A DNA stretch of 64,000 bases, taken from contig JALMLS010000231.1 of assembly GCA_038496445.1 (NCBI GenBank), positions 1 to 64,000 on the forward strand, in the 5' to 3' direction. This DNA is from Trichosphaerium sp. ATCC 40318. Taxonomy: Eukaryota; Protista; Tubulinea. This document shows, in pieces, positions 1 to 13,601 of the stretch; the first letter of the stretch is position 1; the number at the start of each line of letters is the position of its first letter. The notes under the pieces were generated by a model. The model saw nothing but the letters and a program-made list of their open reading frames with translations. It was not told the DNA's origin and ran no database searches. The position numbers and the translations under genes are program-made.

Positions 1-155
1 TTTTGCCCTAGCCCTAACCCTAGTGATGGAACATCGATTAGGGTTTGGCTTAGTTTTCATTAGGGCTTTGCCCTAATTCTGATTAGGGTTAGGGTTGGGT
101 TACATGAAATTCCTTTTTAATTTGACTATTTAACACATAAAACCCCTTTAGGGTT
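1..155. repeat. Degenerate telomere-like repeats (CCCTAA/CCCTAG and TTAGGG/CTAGGG, both orientations)
   Basis: gccctagccctaaccctag at 5-23; gattagggttagggttgggt at 81-100; interspersed with spacer DNA, not a clean array. Confidence 0.75.
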
Positions 156-363
156 TTATCCTTGTACTTTATGCTATTGTAAGTTTATATTTGACACTAT
201 TTTATCTACATTAGTATTTTTTAATATATTTATACTTTTTTACTCTTATATTACACAACCATTTATATTATATTATTGTATTTTTTATGCTTACACTATT
301 ATTGGTATTATTATATTACATATTTCAATATGTAGTTTCGCTACATAATCTTATCCACTATCA

Positions 364-662
364 TACCGCTTTGCTGAATAATGCATTCCACTTTAATAGT
401 TGCAATTTGTTTTGTTTCATTATAATATTTTGGATTTTCTCATTTTTCCACATAAAGTGCTTCGCTTCAGAATGTATTCCACTGTGAGGTTTGTATATGT
501 ACTGCTTCGCTAAATAATGCATTCCACTTTTAAATGTTACAATTTTTGTTTCATACAATATTTTGGATTTTCTCATTTTTTTGCATAAAGCGCTTCGCTT
601 CAAAATGCATTCCACTTTGAGGTTTATGCATGTACCGCTTCGCTAAAAAATGCGTTCACTTT
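364..662. repeat. Imperfect tandem repeat, ~135-bp unit, about 2.2 copies
   Basis: taccgct..gctgaataatgcattccacttt...atattttggattttctcattttt...cataaag.gcttcgcttca.aatg.attccact.tgaggttt recurs at ~364 and ~500, and the start recurs at ~633. Confidence 0.85.
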
Positions 663-810
663 CGGTAAATTTGTTGTTTTTCTAAAAATATCTTGGATTT
701 TAACAAATTTTTTTAAAAAAACCATCTAAAAGCTTCAAAACCCCCTTTATTACTTTAAAATAAAAATAAGGGGGTTTTAAAAAAAAAAAGAGTAAAAAAG
801 AGGTTAGTAC

Positions 811-919
811 CTAGTACTCTCTTCCTCCTGAGCCTGGGCTTACCATCAGCTTCTTTGGAGGGCTCATCCTCATCAGAAAACTCAATGTTTATGAGAGAGA
901 GGTCTTCATCTGAGCTCAT
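811..919 (-). CDS. Probable first exon of an unresolved gene (MSSDEDLSLINIEFSDEDEPSKEADGKPRLRRKRVL; acidic patch + NLS-like basic patch)
   Basis: ATG at 919, coding-like composition in an AT-rich flank, G|GTACTAAC donor at 810; downstream exons not identified. Confidence 0.35.
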
Positions 920-1224
920 CCTTGATTTATGAAAAGTCAAAAAAGTAAAATGAGGCTTTTTTTCCCCAAAAATCGCGTTGAGAAATAGACAGGAATATTT
1001 CGTGTTTCGAAATGTGCACCAGAAATTTCGCCTGTTTTAAAAAAGTAAGAAAAAAATGAGAATTTGACAGTTTGCAAGATTGTTGATGAGGTCTTGGGTT
1101 TGTAAAAAACCCTATCTTGCTGTAACCCTACAGGGAGATTGTATGTGCAAAAAACTATATGTAAAAAAATCGAAAAAATTTTACAACAGGGTAGTTTAGC
1201 AAAAAAATACGGTTGGTACATACT

Positions 1225-1475
1225 CCTAAACCCTAACCCTAATTGGCATCTAGGGTATAACCCTAATCGTTGTTTTAATGTATTAGGCTAGGGCTTTTGT
1301 TTGGTAATTGCCAATTGTTATTTAGGGCTAGGGTTAGGTTTGCAACCCTAACAAAAAAACAACAACTATTGGTTGTTAGGGCTAGGGTTATGTATGCAAC
1401 CCTAAGTTAAATTAGGGCTAGGGTTTTACCCTTAGGGTTTTGTTATATATTTTCAAACTGTAGTTATTAGGGTTT
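1225..1475. repeat. Second cluster of degenerate telomere-like repeats
   Basis: cctaaaccctaaccctaa, tttagggctagggttagg, ttagggctagggtta, attagggctagggtttt. Confidence 0.75.
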
Positions 1476-1589
1476 ATTGCAGCTTTACTTGTGGTTATCA
1501 AAACCAAGTATGTATGCTATGTATGATTTCTTGTAACATGGTATCAAACTATTTAATTAAAGTTTCACTTTTAAAGATTATTAGGGCTT

Positions 1590-4500
1590 TTACAATTTAT
1601 TGAAACATTGCTTGATATTTGTTGGATTTTACATGTACACTCTCAGTGTTTTCTTGGGTAGCAGCTTTTTTAACTGCTTTTATTAGCACAGTACCAGCAC
1701 CTAAAGTATGTTATTGTTTTACACAAAACCAAAACATGCCTTGTTTAAGAGCCAGTGTTTCTGCTGCCCGTAATAATGCACGCTGTATCTGTGCTCCATT
1801 AAAATCAAATTCTGTACATAACACTTTGACATCTGCATCGCTCAGTGTTATGGGCGCTTTCTCTGGAATAAGTTTTGTCCACAACACTGCTTGTAATGCT
1901 TTGGAAGGTCTAGCATGTATAAGCGCTTACTATGTCCCCAATAGTACCGTTTGTATTCTACAACAAAGCATCTGTGCTTGAAGTCTGTAAGATCAATGCT
2001 ATCTGCATTTGTGGTAGTAAATATAATCAAACCTATGTAATTTTAACACAGACACACTCACACCAATCGGCTATTCTACATACCACTGTGACGATTTAAT
2101 GTGGTAATGAAATTACGAATATCTGAGCGTCTTGGTCCTTGAAGCGCTGAGTGGCTGAGTAAGTATTCACAATGATCAAACACCTTATGAAACCATTAAC
2201 ATTTTGTGAACAAATACAAAACATACGAGAATAGCGCCACTACTCTTGGCATCCTTTAGCACCATATCTACAGCTACAAGGGCATAAACAACATAGGAAA
2301 ATGACAAGCAATGATTCATTACCTCTGCTGGACGGCCTTGTCAACACTTCAGCACAATCTACTTTTTTCAGGGAACGTCCTGTTTCATAACCTACAAGGC
2401 AAATTACACGCAGAGTCACATATCAGTAACTAACCTAGCACCTCAGCTGAAAGTCCCTTTCCAGTACCATGCTCACCATAAAACAATGCAAGCTAAGAAC
2501 CATTTTAATACCCAAAGTGACACTACTAATAAATCGTACTGTGCCTTGGAATATATTTTGATTAAATCCCCAATGCCCCAGTAATATTTTCTTGGATTTT
2601 TCATAATTTATAATCCGTTGAAGTCCATCTCTCACCTCATCAGATACTACTAAGTCTTTCATACCTTATAAGAGTTAACACATACTCAAATCTACTGGTA
2701 AGCAAATACTCACCACGAGTTGGTACCAAGCGCTTGTCAAACTCTGTCATTTGCAAGTGACCATGTAACTGCACTTTAGCAGCATCTTCCAGATCAGCTT
2801 GAGTTAATACTATGTCTTTACCATGTCGAGCAATGGCTTTAGATATAGCAGCCAACATTGCCTAGCACTGTAAAACAATTGCAAGCAACAAAAAAGTGTA
2901 GTACATTCTTAATAAATCCGCCTGTTAACTCATAACCCATTGCCAACAATGCCCAATCCATGTCTTTCTCAACGGCAACCTTAGAAGGAACGTGGTTCAT
3001 CCATATTTCTTTCCTTAGCGAAAAATCTGGTAGCTGAAGTTCCACAGATAAATTAATACGCCTGAGTAGCTTAGCAAAAAGGCACACGGTAGAGGGAAAT
3101 TTATTACCTGTACATGGCTTCATCTACATGGTTAACGTTAGTAAAAATAACAAGCAATTATGAGAAAGACGCACCAAGCACGTATGGCCTGTTAGTAGCC
3201 ATCACAATGAGTCCATCATACCTTAAACAAAGTGGTTGACATTTGTAATGTAGCAATTCAACGTACTGTTCTATTTCAGTCAATAGGGCAAAAATATCAT
3301 TCTTCAAGCTACCACGCATCTCTCGCGTTTCAAACAAGGCGTCACATTCATCAAAAAATACAACGGCATCGTGTATCTTAGCCTCGCGGAATATAAAACG
3401 TAACATATCCTTGGATAGCTGATTTTGTACAGCGGGCATATTAAAAAGTAGAATCTTTTGAGATAGATGATCAGCGATCGCATTTGCGGACTACAACGCC
3501 ATTAGATCACAACCAAAATACAAAAAATCCTTACCATCGTCTTACCAGTGCCACTAGGACCATGCAGTAATATACATACGCCTGTACCATAGGTCACGGT
3601 ATCTTGAATACCAGTTTCTTTGTAGTGCTTTTTGTACGCCTCGAAATTATCTACACAAATGTCACAAACGCAAGTCATTTACCAGTAAAATAAAGATGGT
3701 AGAGACAACATACCAATTGTGTCAATAATCAGTTTTTTTGTAACATCTGGAAGAATTACTTGATCAAATGACACCTTAGAGGTGTACAAATCAGACCCTT
3801 CAATTATCTCTGACAGCTCAGTATCCAAGCCAACAATGTAGTCAAGGAGTCGCCTGTCAATCTCAACAACACAATCGGAAAGATCACCGGCTTGTCTAAA
3901 TGGAGGATCTGCAACACGTATTATACCTTCTAAAAACATAGTTAGTATATTTGTAAAACAAGTTGCATCTACCTTGTATGAGTTTTGAGTTCTTGTAAAA
4001 ATACATTCTAGTATTAAATGCGGTTAGCACCAATAATTCATACATACTACGTTTACCTGCACTTGATTTGCTCCTCTAAACTATCGGAGAACAATCCTAT
4101 CAATGAACCAACATCCATCGTTTTACCAAATACAGCATCGTCTCTTCGCATGCCAGCTTTTCGCACATTGTGAGATATCATGCCACCTTTTTGAAAAAAA
4201 TTCTTGTCAGTACTTGTAAATGCTTTGTGACACGCACCAATGAGCACCAACAAGACATTCTTCTCAAAGTCATCCAAATTTCGTAGTTTGACTAAACGTT
4301 CCAATCGAGGAAGCCAAGCTAAGGAAAGCATGTTACAACCAACAATTTGCGCTTGTTGACGTAGTAATAAAAAAAAGAGTTACCCCCTTGCTGGTATGTT
4401 AAGGCGAGCCTGTTCTCAACACGTGATACACGCGCTCTTAGTTTTGCCCTCAGTTCACGAAGAATTGCTTCTGGACGCCTTTGATCAGCACGAAGCTGTA

Positions 4501-6241
4501 GTTCAAGCTCATCTTGCGTTGAAACCTTGCGAATCTGCATTCTTGTCTCCATTACTTGAAACTGATCCTCCAAATATTGTAAATCATTTGTGTATGTCTC
4601 TATTTCAAACGATGGATCAACGTCATCAGTTGGAGACGATGTTGTTGATCGAATTTCAGTTACAACAGTTTTTGGTTCCTTCTTTGCGCCGTCAAGAATG
4701 TTTGTAATGTCTTCACCTTTTGCAACACCCTGTGGCACAGAAAACTCAGCACAAAGGAAAACATGCGTTGACAAATTACATACCGCTATAATCTTGTTTA
4801 TATCGTACCCTTCATCATCGAAGCTATCATCAGATAGCACTTCAATGTTATCTAAATCAACAGTCTAACAATAAGTAAACCAAAAAACTAGGAACAGGAG
4901 TGTACCTTCGCTGGTAAGTCCTTGAAATTTGGCTCTTCCATCAACACGTCAGCGATGGCTGTCTTGTCTATTTTGTAGAACTCCTCCGTAGACAAACTAG
5001 CTCCAGACAGTGCACGCATTACAGATACGCTCATTACTATCATGTTGCTTAGTACAAACTAGGAAGTTCCCACTAAACATAGAATCTAGTTCTTACCCAA
5101 AAACTGGCTATTCCAAGCAGTCGAGAACTCGCTGTCAACACTGAAAAGATTTTGTTTCATGTGCATCCTCGAAGGACGTAAAAACTCAAGCAACTCTACG
5201 CCGGACATTGAAGAGTATTGTGACATGTGATGCCCCTATGTTTTTTCTTTTAGTTTAACATACTCATTTAAACCAAAACATACCATGTTCCGCATGTCTA
5301 ATTCTGAATGTAAGTTGTTTGGTGGCGCAAAGTCTTTGCCAATGTTTGACAAGAAAATATATTGCAATGCAAGTAACTCTTTCTCAGTCAAACCCAACTT
5401 ATTAGCAACGCTACATCGGCAAAATCAGTCGAAGCTTGCACCCACATGAACGTGTTACATACCGAACAAATCGCGGTAAAAGATTACCTTCTGCTTCTTG
5501 AACTATGAGCTTGGCTTGGATACCTGCAGTGGGTAAATTTCTTGAAAAAGATAGAAAAAGAGGAAACTCATAAGCTCTGGCACCTGCGTACTTGCGTCTA
5601 ACTCATCGTGAAGGTACTGTAAACCGCGTTGAAGATTATGGATACTCTCAGCGGCTTTACTGTCACCATTAATCGCTTTAGTTTTTTTCCCCATTTGACA
5701 CGCATGCACGTGCTGCTTTAGTGAGAAAAGCGCCTCCACGTGGATTACATATTCTGGGTCGTCTTTAAACGCAACATCGCTTGTTAGAGCCTTCAATACA
5801 CTTGAGAACAAAACAGTTAATACAAAAACGTTTAAAAAAAAATCGAAACGGTGTTAAAACGCAAACATTTACCTTTTTATGGCTGTCGAAATTACGTATT
5901 CAACTTGAACCGATCTTTCAAGGGCTTTTTGAAGTATTTCATGATCAGGAGCTATCTGTAATGCTCTGTGCTTCTTTGTAAACCTACAAATTGTCGTTGA
6001 CAGTTAATAAAAGAGAACAAAGGGGCTAACCCATTCCTAAATTTTAAAGAGCCACATACGATTGCGCCTGTGCAGCTACACGCACAGCGTGGCCGTATTT
6101 ATCTATCTTTAACGTGTTCAGAGCAACGTCAAGTGTCAACGTCTCTAGGGCCTCAAAGTCCATCGCGTGTTGCGTGAAATTGTTCTGGTAAATGCCCAAA
6201 CCAGCTGTAGTAAGCCAGGAGGAAAAGGTTTCTTCTGCCAT
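1590..6241 (-). CDS. Multi-exon SAM-domain + winged-helix-like + tandem AAA+ ATPase (first AAA intact, second degenerate)
   Basis: N-terminal SAM-like exon (WLTTAGLGIYQNNFTQHAMDFEAL...LKIDKYGH); Walker A GPSGTGKT (~3540-3565), Walker B VVFFDECDALF, ATNRPYVLDEAMYRRI SRH; second module GEHGTGK with LVFDHCE; GT/GC-AG introns. Confidence 0.85.
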
Positions 6242-6398
6242 TTCGGTTCGTTTAACCTATAGCGCTAGAACTATAACTGCGCCTCTAATACTATTTACCC
6301 GGTGGTTTTTGCTGTTTTGTTTTTTTTGAACTGACTTAGTATTTTTGAACGGGTCTTATTGTTTCGCTGTAACTTCATCTTAACCTTGTTAAAATATC

Positions 6399-9300
6399 AT
6401 GGCGTTAAAGCAAGTTACGGCTGAATCCCTCAAAGAGTTTATTGGAGAATCTTCGCATGATTTAGATGAGATTATCATCGATTTCTTGGTTGGTGAGTCA
6501 TGATACTATTTTCCAAGCGTAGATATATAATATTTATGCGTTGCTCGCCTGTTAAAACGTGCTAGGGCTCATAAACGACTTCGAAGGTGATCTACCATCG
6601 CTCCAAAAGGACGTTTCAGGTTTCTTTCCACAGAGTGTTGGCGAGGAGGAGGCTAAACAAATTTGTTCAAGTATTTATGATTATTTGGGCTTAGCACATA
6701 AGGTACGCCTAAGTTTCGCGTGCGTGCAAAACTAGACGCTATCAATACGCGAAACAAAAGATAAATGTATTTTATTTTCGCCTCTAAAAAAGTTTTTAGC
6801 GAGTTGAGGACGAATTTGTGCAACTAGAAGAGCCTGTAAACGTCGGAGAATTGTCGAAGCGCATTGCAGCCGAAGTTCGCCGTGATATTGGCTGGATGGA
6901 CGAAAACAAGGTTATATACGTCGCTAGAGATGGAGAAGAGCTCGGTAACTTTACGCGAAAAGCAAGGAAGGACAAAAAGCGCGTTGACACCAAGCCACTC
7001 TACGCTCCACCGCCAAATACGTTCGTAAAGCGCCGTGGTACGACTTGCAATACAATAAAACAAAAAACAAAAGAAGCGGTGACATTTGACACGTATTGTA
7101 GGTACTGTAGAGAGTAACAAAAAGGATATCTTGATGAAGGGCGTAGATATTGGCATTGGCGGGCGTACGCTTATTGAGAATTCTGTTTTGAAGCTACCAT
7201 TTGGTTGCCGGTACGGGTTACGCTCCAACAACAAAAGAAAACGAAGGGAGAAAAAAAAACATTTTTTCACCAAACCAACAGCGCTTTGTACACGTATTCA
7301 CTAATAATTTAAATCCCTTGTTTTTCCGCAACAATTAGCAGATAAACCTAACTAATCGTTTGTTGCAAGATATGGTTTAGTAGGTAAAAATGGTATGGGT
7401 AAAACGACGTTGTTAAGAAACATGTCTGGTGGCGAATTACCTATTCCAACATCTGTTCAAATATTACACGTTGAACAAGAAGTAGTTGGTGACAATACTA
7501 CAGCACTGAATAGTGTTCTAGAGGTGGATTTTAATTTACTTTTTTTTCTTCAATTAATTTGTATGTAGGCTGATGTTGAGCGTGCAACTCTATTGAGAGA
7601 ACAAAAGCTACTCGAAAAGTTAGAGAATCCAACTGAAGAGCAAGAAGTGAGACTCGGAGAGGTTTATCAAATTCTTGCAGAGATTGGCGCAGATAACGCA
7701 CAATCTGCGTATGCAAATACATTTACGAATACTACAATATATTCACTGCATCACTTAGGGCTGCTTCTATCCTCAGCGGTCTTGGATTTACATCAGAAAT
7801 GCAGCAAAAAGCGACAAAGAAGTTTTCTGGAGGTTGGAGAATGTAAGCTATTTTTTTTTTGGTTTGTTGTCACAAGAATAATATTCACTTTCTTATCTAG
7901 GCGTATTGCTTTGGCAAGAGCGTTGTTTTGCGAACCTGATTTACTACTACTCGATGAACCAACTAACATGCTGGATATCAGAGTACTAAAATGGAATCAC
8001 CTTTGTTCTTTTTAACTGACATTCACGCAGGCTGTCACGTGGCTCGCCAATTATTTGACAGATGTGTGGAAGAATTCTTTGTTAATTGTTTCCCATGACA
8101 GGTAAATATTTATAATAGTAGTGAGTTTTTTCCTAGCTAAGCAATGTATTCTAGAGAATTTTTAAATCAAGTAGTAACAGATATAATACATCTTTCGAAC
8201 AAAGAGTTAAATTATTACCATGGTAACTATGATATATTTGAAAAATTACGAAATGAAAGGCTCAAGACTCTCAGAAAGGTAATTGGAATTTGATAAAGGA
8301 CAGAGATTTTTTTATATTTTTCAAACACTCACACATACGCGTAGGCAGCTGAAGCACAAACCAAACAACGCCAACATATTCAATCGTTCATCGATAGATT
8401 CAGATTTAACGCAAAACGTGCATCCATTGTTCAAAGTCGTATCAAAATGTTGGCCAAGATGGATGTTGTACATTCTGTTGTTGAAGACCCAACAATCACA
8501 TTTTCATTTGAAAACCCACCTCCTTTGGAAGTAAGTTTATTACTCCCAGCGCTAATCTCTGTGCTCTTCCCTTTTTTTTTGTACGCTAACAAGTTGTTAG
8601 GGTGTTTTAGTAGATTTTCAAGATGTTGGCTTTGGCTACGATCCAGAGAATATAATGTTTCCAAAGATCAACCTTACTTTGCGCCTAGACTCAAGAGTAG
8701 CTCTTGTGCGTTACAACACTTATAAAAAAAAACTTGGCAATTTGTTGATGGACCTCTTTTTTTTTTTTGGTTCAGTTAATCAGAATTCAAGAAAATGTGT
8801 CTCATTTTGACACTTTGTCAATAGGTCGGTGAAAATGGTCAAGGTAAAACAACAATTTTAAATCTAATAATGGGCGGTTTGCGAGAATCGAAAGGGTATA
8901 TTCAAAGACATCCGGTACGACTATAATTCAATAGCAGTTTTAAAGAAATGATTCACTTTCGCGGTTACCTATCCTAACTCTTCTATCCAAGAGATGTCGA
9001 ATGGCTAAGTTCAGTCAGCATCACGTAGACGGATTAGATGTTCACTCTACACCTTTAGAGTTTCTAGCCAAAGAATTTCCAGGACGCGATAACTTGGTAT
9101 GAATTACATTTTAAATTGCACAAAAGTCATGTGTATAGCCACAGTGCCATCAGAGAACAAAGTAGCCAATACTAAAAAAATTCGTAGGTTTATCGCAGCC
9201 ATCTTGGTAAGTACGGTATCACAGGAGACTTGGCGCTGCAACAGATTTTAACGCTATCTGGCGGTCAAAAGTCGCGTGTCGTTTTCGCTCATTTGGCCAT

Positions 9301-9778
9301 GAAGCAGCCTCACTTGCTTATACTTGATGAACCAACGAATCACTTGGATATTGAAACTGTAGATGTTCTGGCAATGGCACTAAACGATTTTACAGGTAAA
9401 CAGAAAGAACTGTCTGCCTTGTTTGGATTTTTTTCGCTATTTATTTTCAGGAAATACAAAAAAGGGTTTACCCAATTTGAGGGATATTTCTGCGTGTGTG
9501 GCTTGTGGCATGCTTGTTGCAAGCCCACATTGGTGGCAATTTATGGTTTTAAAGTTATAGAGTTTAGCGTGGAACAATAACAATGCATTCGAGTTTTGCG
9601 ATTTTTTTGTAATGTTTTCATAGGTGGTATTCTACTTGTCAGTCATGACAGAAGATTGATTAATTTGGTGTGTAACGAATTGTGGGAAGTCAAAAACGGA
9701 ACACTCAAGCCATTCAAAGGCGATTTTAACGATTACACGCGCAAATTGGAAAAAGAATTCGAACAGAGTCAACACTAA
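6399..9778 (+). CDS. ABCF3: ABC-F family ATPase (ABCF3/GCN20-like), multi-exon
   Basis: [38 protein letters not shown], second cassette [41 protein letters not shown]; no TM segments. Confidence 0.92.
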
Positions 9779-10344
9779 GCGTTTTTGTACAAAGAAAATA
9801 AAAAACCCACTCACCAAAAGTTACAGACATCTTCGTATTATATTACTGTTATTTCTCCACAAATTGCCCAACTTTAGTACACAAAGGAAACGGAAATAGC
9901 TAGAAAAGGTGTTGAACGCAAAAAGATATATATGTATGTTACAGAAAATAACTCATCATGGTGTAACAAAACTCCAACGAAGCAGTGACACGCTTGAAAG
10001 CGACATCAAAAACTTCACCGGAGTTTAACTATTGTACGAGCCGGTTTTTCTGATATTCTCCGCTGTACACACAGCAGTACATGCGTTTGTCACGCGTACG
10101 CCATTCTCATTTATGAGGTGTTAGTAAAAAAACCCAAAACGGAGTGTATTATTGGTGCCACCATCAAAACAACAAAAAGCAATGCATACCTTCAGTTGGT
10201 TTTTGGGGGTACACAAGCCATCGCGGGTATACACATATTACATATAACCCATCGGGCGGACCATATAAATCTCCGACTTTATTTTTTTATTTCGTTATTT
10301 TTTTCACTCAACACACGCCACACCTAAACCAAAAGTAGTAAAAA

Positions 10345-11340
10345 ATGAACTCTACCACAAACTCAACCATGATAATGGATGACGACGATGATGAAGAGTT
10401 TAAAGATTACTGGGCAATAATCGGCGCTGTAGGGCTCTCAATATCTCTAATGGCGTCTCTTGCTACTATAATAGCGTGGTTAGTACAATCACGTAAAGTA
10501 AAAATAAATGCGGCATTTTTGATTATTGCCATTGTCGACTTTCTATCAGCCATTATATGGTTAACAGACTATTTGACAATCGAAAGCAAGTCCGATGAAC
10601 TCTGTAGTGCATTTTCTGGTATGAAACAATTTCTGGTAACCTCTCAGATGGTCTGGATTGTTTATTTGGCAATTCTCAAGTACGTGATATTCTCCAGAAC
10701 TAACGCGCGATGGCACACACTCAGCAAAACTCTAAACAACATTTACATTGGTTTTCACGTACTCGCTTGGTCTCTTGGCTTCGTCGCGGCGCTCATTGCG
10801 GGTTTGGCGAGTGATGCGGAAGTAACTGAGCTTGGCTGTTGGATTTCTGAAGAAAGTGACGTTGGATTATCGCTAAGAATCATATTGTTGCTTGTTCCCT
10901 TCGTATTACTCGTTATTTTACAAATAACGATGTCGTTGGCGACGTACATCAAGTTTTCCAATTTGGGAAGTGCCCAAAGCCAATCACGTTTGTCCAGGCT
11001 GATTCTATCATCAAACGTTCACCTCATATTTTATTTCGTGCTATGGATATGGTTTTGCATTGATATTTTCGTAGACTTCTTTCTACAAGAAGAAAGCGAT
11101 GTTGTCGCTATTTTGGCGATAGGATTTACTACGCTCTTTGGTTTACCAAACTTTTTTGCCTTTTTGCTCCTTTTTAGACACAAATTTAAAAATTTGTCAT
11201 TCACAAGCAAAGCGTCTTCTATGGTTAAATCCGGCAGAGGAAGCGGATCTGTTGAAATTAACATTACACCAGACAACTCTGAAGCTGAATCATCAACGGA
11301 CGAAGACGCTGTTGCTGGTAAAGTGGAATCGCAGATGTAG
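10345..11340 (+). CDS. Intronless 7-TM GPCR, cAMP-receptor-like/Git3-like
   Basis: Seven hydrophobic segments, TM3 Cys (ELCSAF), ECL2 GCWI motif, N-glycosylation sequons at the N-terminus, Ser/acidic C-tail. Confidence 0.8.
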   Translation: MNSTTNSTMIMDDDDDEEFKDYWAIIGAVGLSISLMASLATIIAWLVQSRKVKINAAFLIIAIVDFLSAIIWLTDYLTIESKSDELCSAFSGMKQFLVTSQMVWIVYLAILKYVIFSRTNARWHTLSKTLNNIYIGFHVLAWSLGFVAALIAGLASDAEVTELGCWISEESDVGLSLRIILLLVPFVLLVILQITMSLATYIKFSNLGSAQSQSRLSRLILSSNVHLIFYFVLWIWFCIDIFVDFFLQEESDVVAILAIGFTTLFGLPNFFAFLLLFRHKFKNLSFTSKASSMVKSGRGSGSVEINITPDNSEAESSTDEDAVAGKVESQM

Positions 11341-11433
11341 TGGGTTGTTACCAAAAACAATACAAAAAGAAAAGAAAAAAAAATTGCAAATAAATAAATT
11401 AATCACGTGTTGAGAAGTAACGCCTCTTATGAA

Positions 11434-13601
11434 TTATTTAAAATTATCTTTTTGATTTATATTTTTTACATTGGAATACGTTTGTACATGTAGAAAAAAT
11501 GATTGGGTCGATCCCATGCGTTTATAAGCACGCCAGAAGGATGCCAAATCTTCCACATTACTAATCGAACAAGCAGTGACTCTTGAAGTATCAAAATTTC
11601 CAAATGCAACGCCTATCAAAAAATATAAGCAAACTGAATGTCGTTCAACTACAACAACAAAAAAAACCATCGTACAGTTTTAAGATTTGGCAAGATATCT
11701 AGTCCATCGTAGGCAAGTTCATAAGAGTCACAGTGATAATAACGGGTTCTCTTTACTTGGAATTGTAGCCATTGACTTTCAGTACTTTTGTTATTTTTAC
11801 ACAATACATCAACGTTGTCGCCTAAACAAAAATCTGTCAACACGTGTTTTTTTCTCAAAGACTTTGAGACTAGATGTCAAAAAAAGATTCGTACCTGCTT
11901 CTGATCCAGTTGGTAGTCTAAAGCCACGTATATAGACAGAATGTGGCGTAGGTATTTGATTATCGTTTATATTAATAGTTAATAAGGATAGTTTATCTGT
12001 TTCATAAATACCACCAATTGTAAGTGGTTGTATTTGAACAAAGTTTAGTGGTTTTGTTGAAGCGTCAAAAAGTAGATGTCCATGTATAAACCACCGTATT
12101 CTACAAAATAAAGCGTTATTACTGAGATGGGCGAAATGCCAGCACTCTTGGCTTTAAAAAAGAAAGAAGGCCAAGTGATATTTTCTTCAAAAAAACGAAG
12201 AAAAAAACGTACTCTTCAGCTCTGTGTTCACGTTTGATTAATAGCACTGGGTCTTCCCACTTGTAAGTAAATTCTATTTTTGCGCTTCTATGTGATATTT
12301 CAAATCCATTGTTGCTGTAAGTATAATACTGTTAGATCAATAGTTTGAAAGCACGAAATAAATTAACATACGTTGGACCCATACCGACAATATGATCATT
12401 TCTAATAAACAAGCCATTCGCAAAATTTGATATACGCTATTAGAACCACTTAGAAACGCGAAAAAAATATGCAAATGTGACATGTGTCAAACAAAAAAAA
12501 AAATCAAAAATCCAATTAAAAACCAAAAAAACAATTTTTGCGAACATCTCTTTACCTTTTGGGTCTGTCGGTGCTGCGTTAGTGGTAATTGAATACAAAA
12601 ATACTCTGCTTCTCGTTGCACGCAGCTTGAATTGTATTAATAAGCATGTAATAATTATAAATGTACTAGGCATGCAAAAAAATGTCATTTCACAAATCGT
12701 GTAATTATTTTCTCTAGAGGTTAAATCGTACTCTGCAGATATACCTAACGGTATATGTAATTCTCCTGTGCGTAGATACTCCAAAATTGGTCTAAAATAT
12801 TGTCCTAAGAGCCAAGTAAGTCAACAAGTTGACACTCATTACAAAAAAGCGCAAAGCTTTAAAGTGTCTTATGTGTAAACAATTATTTGGCAGTTTGTAA
12901 ATATCTTGGATATAAAGGACATGCCATCTCTATCAATGAAATAGGCGCCAAACTCGTCTCGTGTTGCAGAGTATTGTCCTGATATTAGGGCAGAAAAAAA
13001 ACTATCACCTGTAACAAGTCACGTTAATTGCTAACCGCTTTTATTAAATTATATTTAAAATAGCTTACCCTGGCGTCGTAATGTGTCTGCTGTTGTTTGA
13101 TACCTTACAATTGTTAGTTGCGCAACGGATCTTGCGTATTTGGAAAAAAACTAGTACAACTACGGAGAGTTGTCGTTTAAACAGATATGGGCGATAGTAT
13201 GCGAAAAGGAAATGAAAACTGCTCAGTGAAGAAAAACAAAAAAGAGTAAAATGTAAACTCTAAAAAGCAACAATTTCCTACCTGACGCCTCCAATATTAA
13301 GTTTGATCAAGTTAGAGTTCGTTTTGGACCCTCGCTTGGATAATTCAACGTGTGGGTCGAATTTTTTGCGTGAATAGCTTGTGGCTCTATGTGCAGGCTT
13401 ATTTGAGTGTACTCCACCATGTCGCGGAGACTTTGATGAGTGGTTATTGCTTGAGCTATTCTCCTTGCTCCTGAACTTTGGTGAAAGCGGTTTCGAGTGT
13501 AATGGTGGTGATTTGTGCGATGTATTTGGTTCTTCGCCTGTGCGTTTGGTGTTTGCTTTATCACGGTATTTAGCCTTGTGATGGGCCTGATCCTCACTCA
13601 T
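11434..13601 (-). CDS. KCTD-like BTB/POZ (T1-type) domain protein, multi-exon
   Basis: IKLNIGG-YQTTADTL-FFSALISGQYSATRDEFGAYFIDRDGQYFRPILEYLRTGELHIP; low-complexity N-terminus; GC-AG intron 12805-12924. Confidence 0.85.

Noticed and set aside
1-155. True chromosome-end telomere
   Set aside because: Repeats are degenerate, interrupted and in both orientations; there is no uninterrupted (CCCTAA)n tract.
10345-13601. Functional GPCR-KCTD module
   Set aside because: Convergent adjacency only; no sequence evidence of coupling in a genome this compact.
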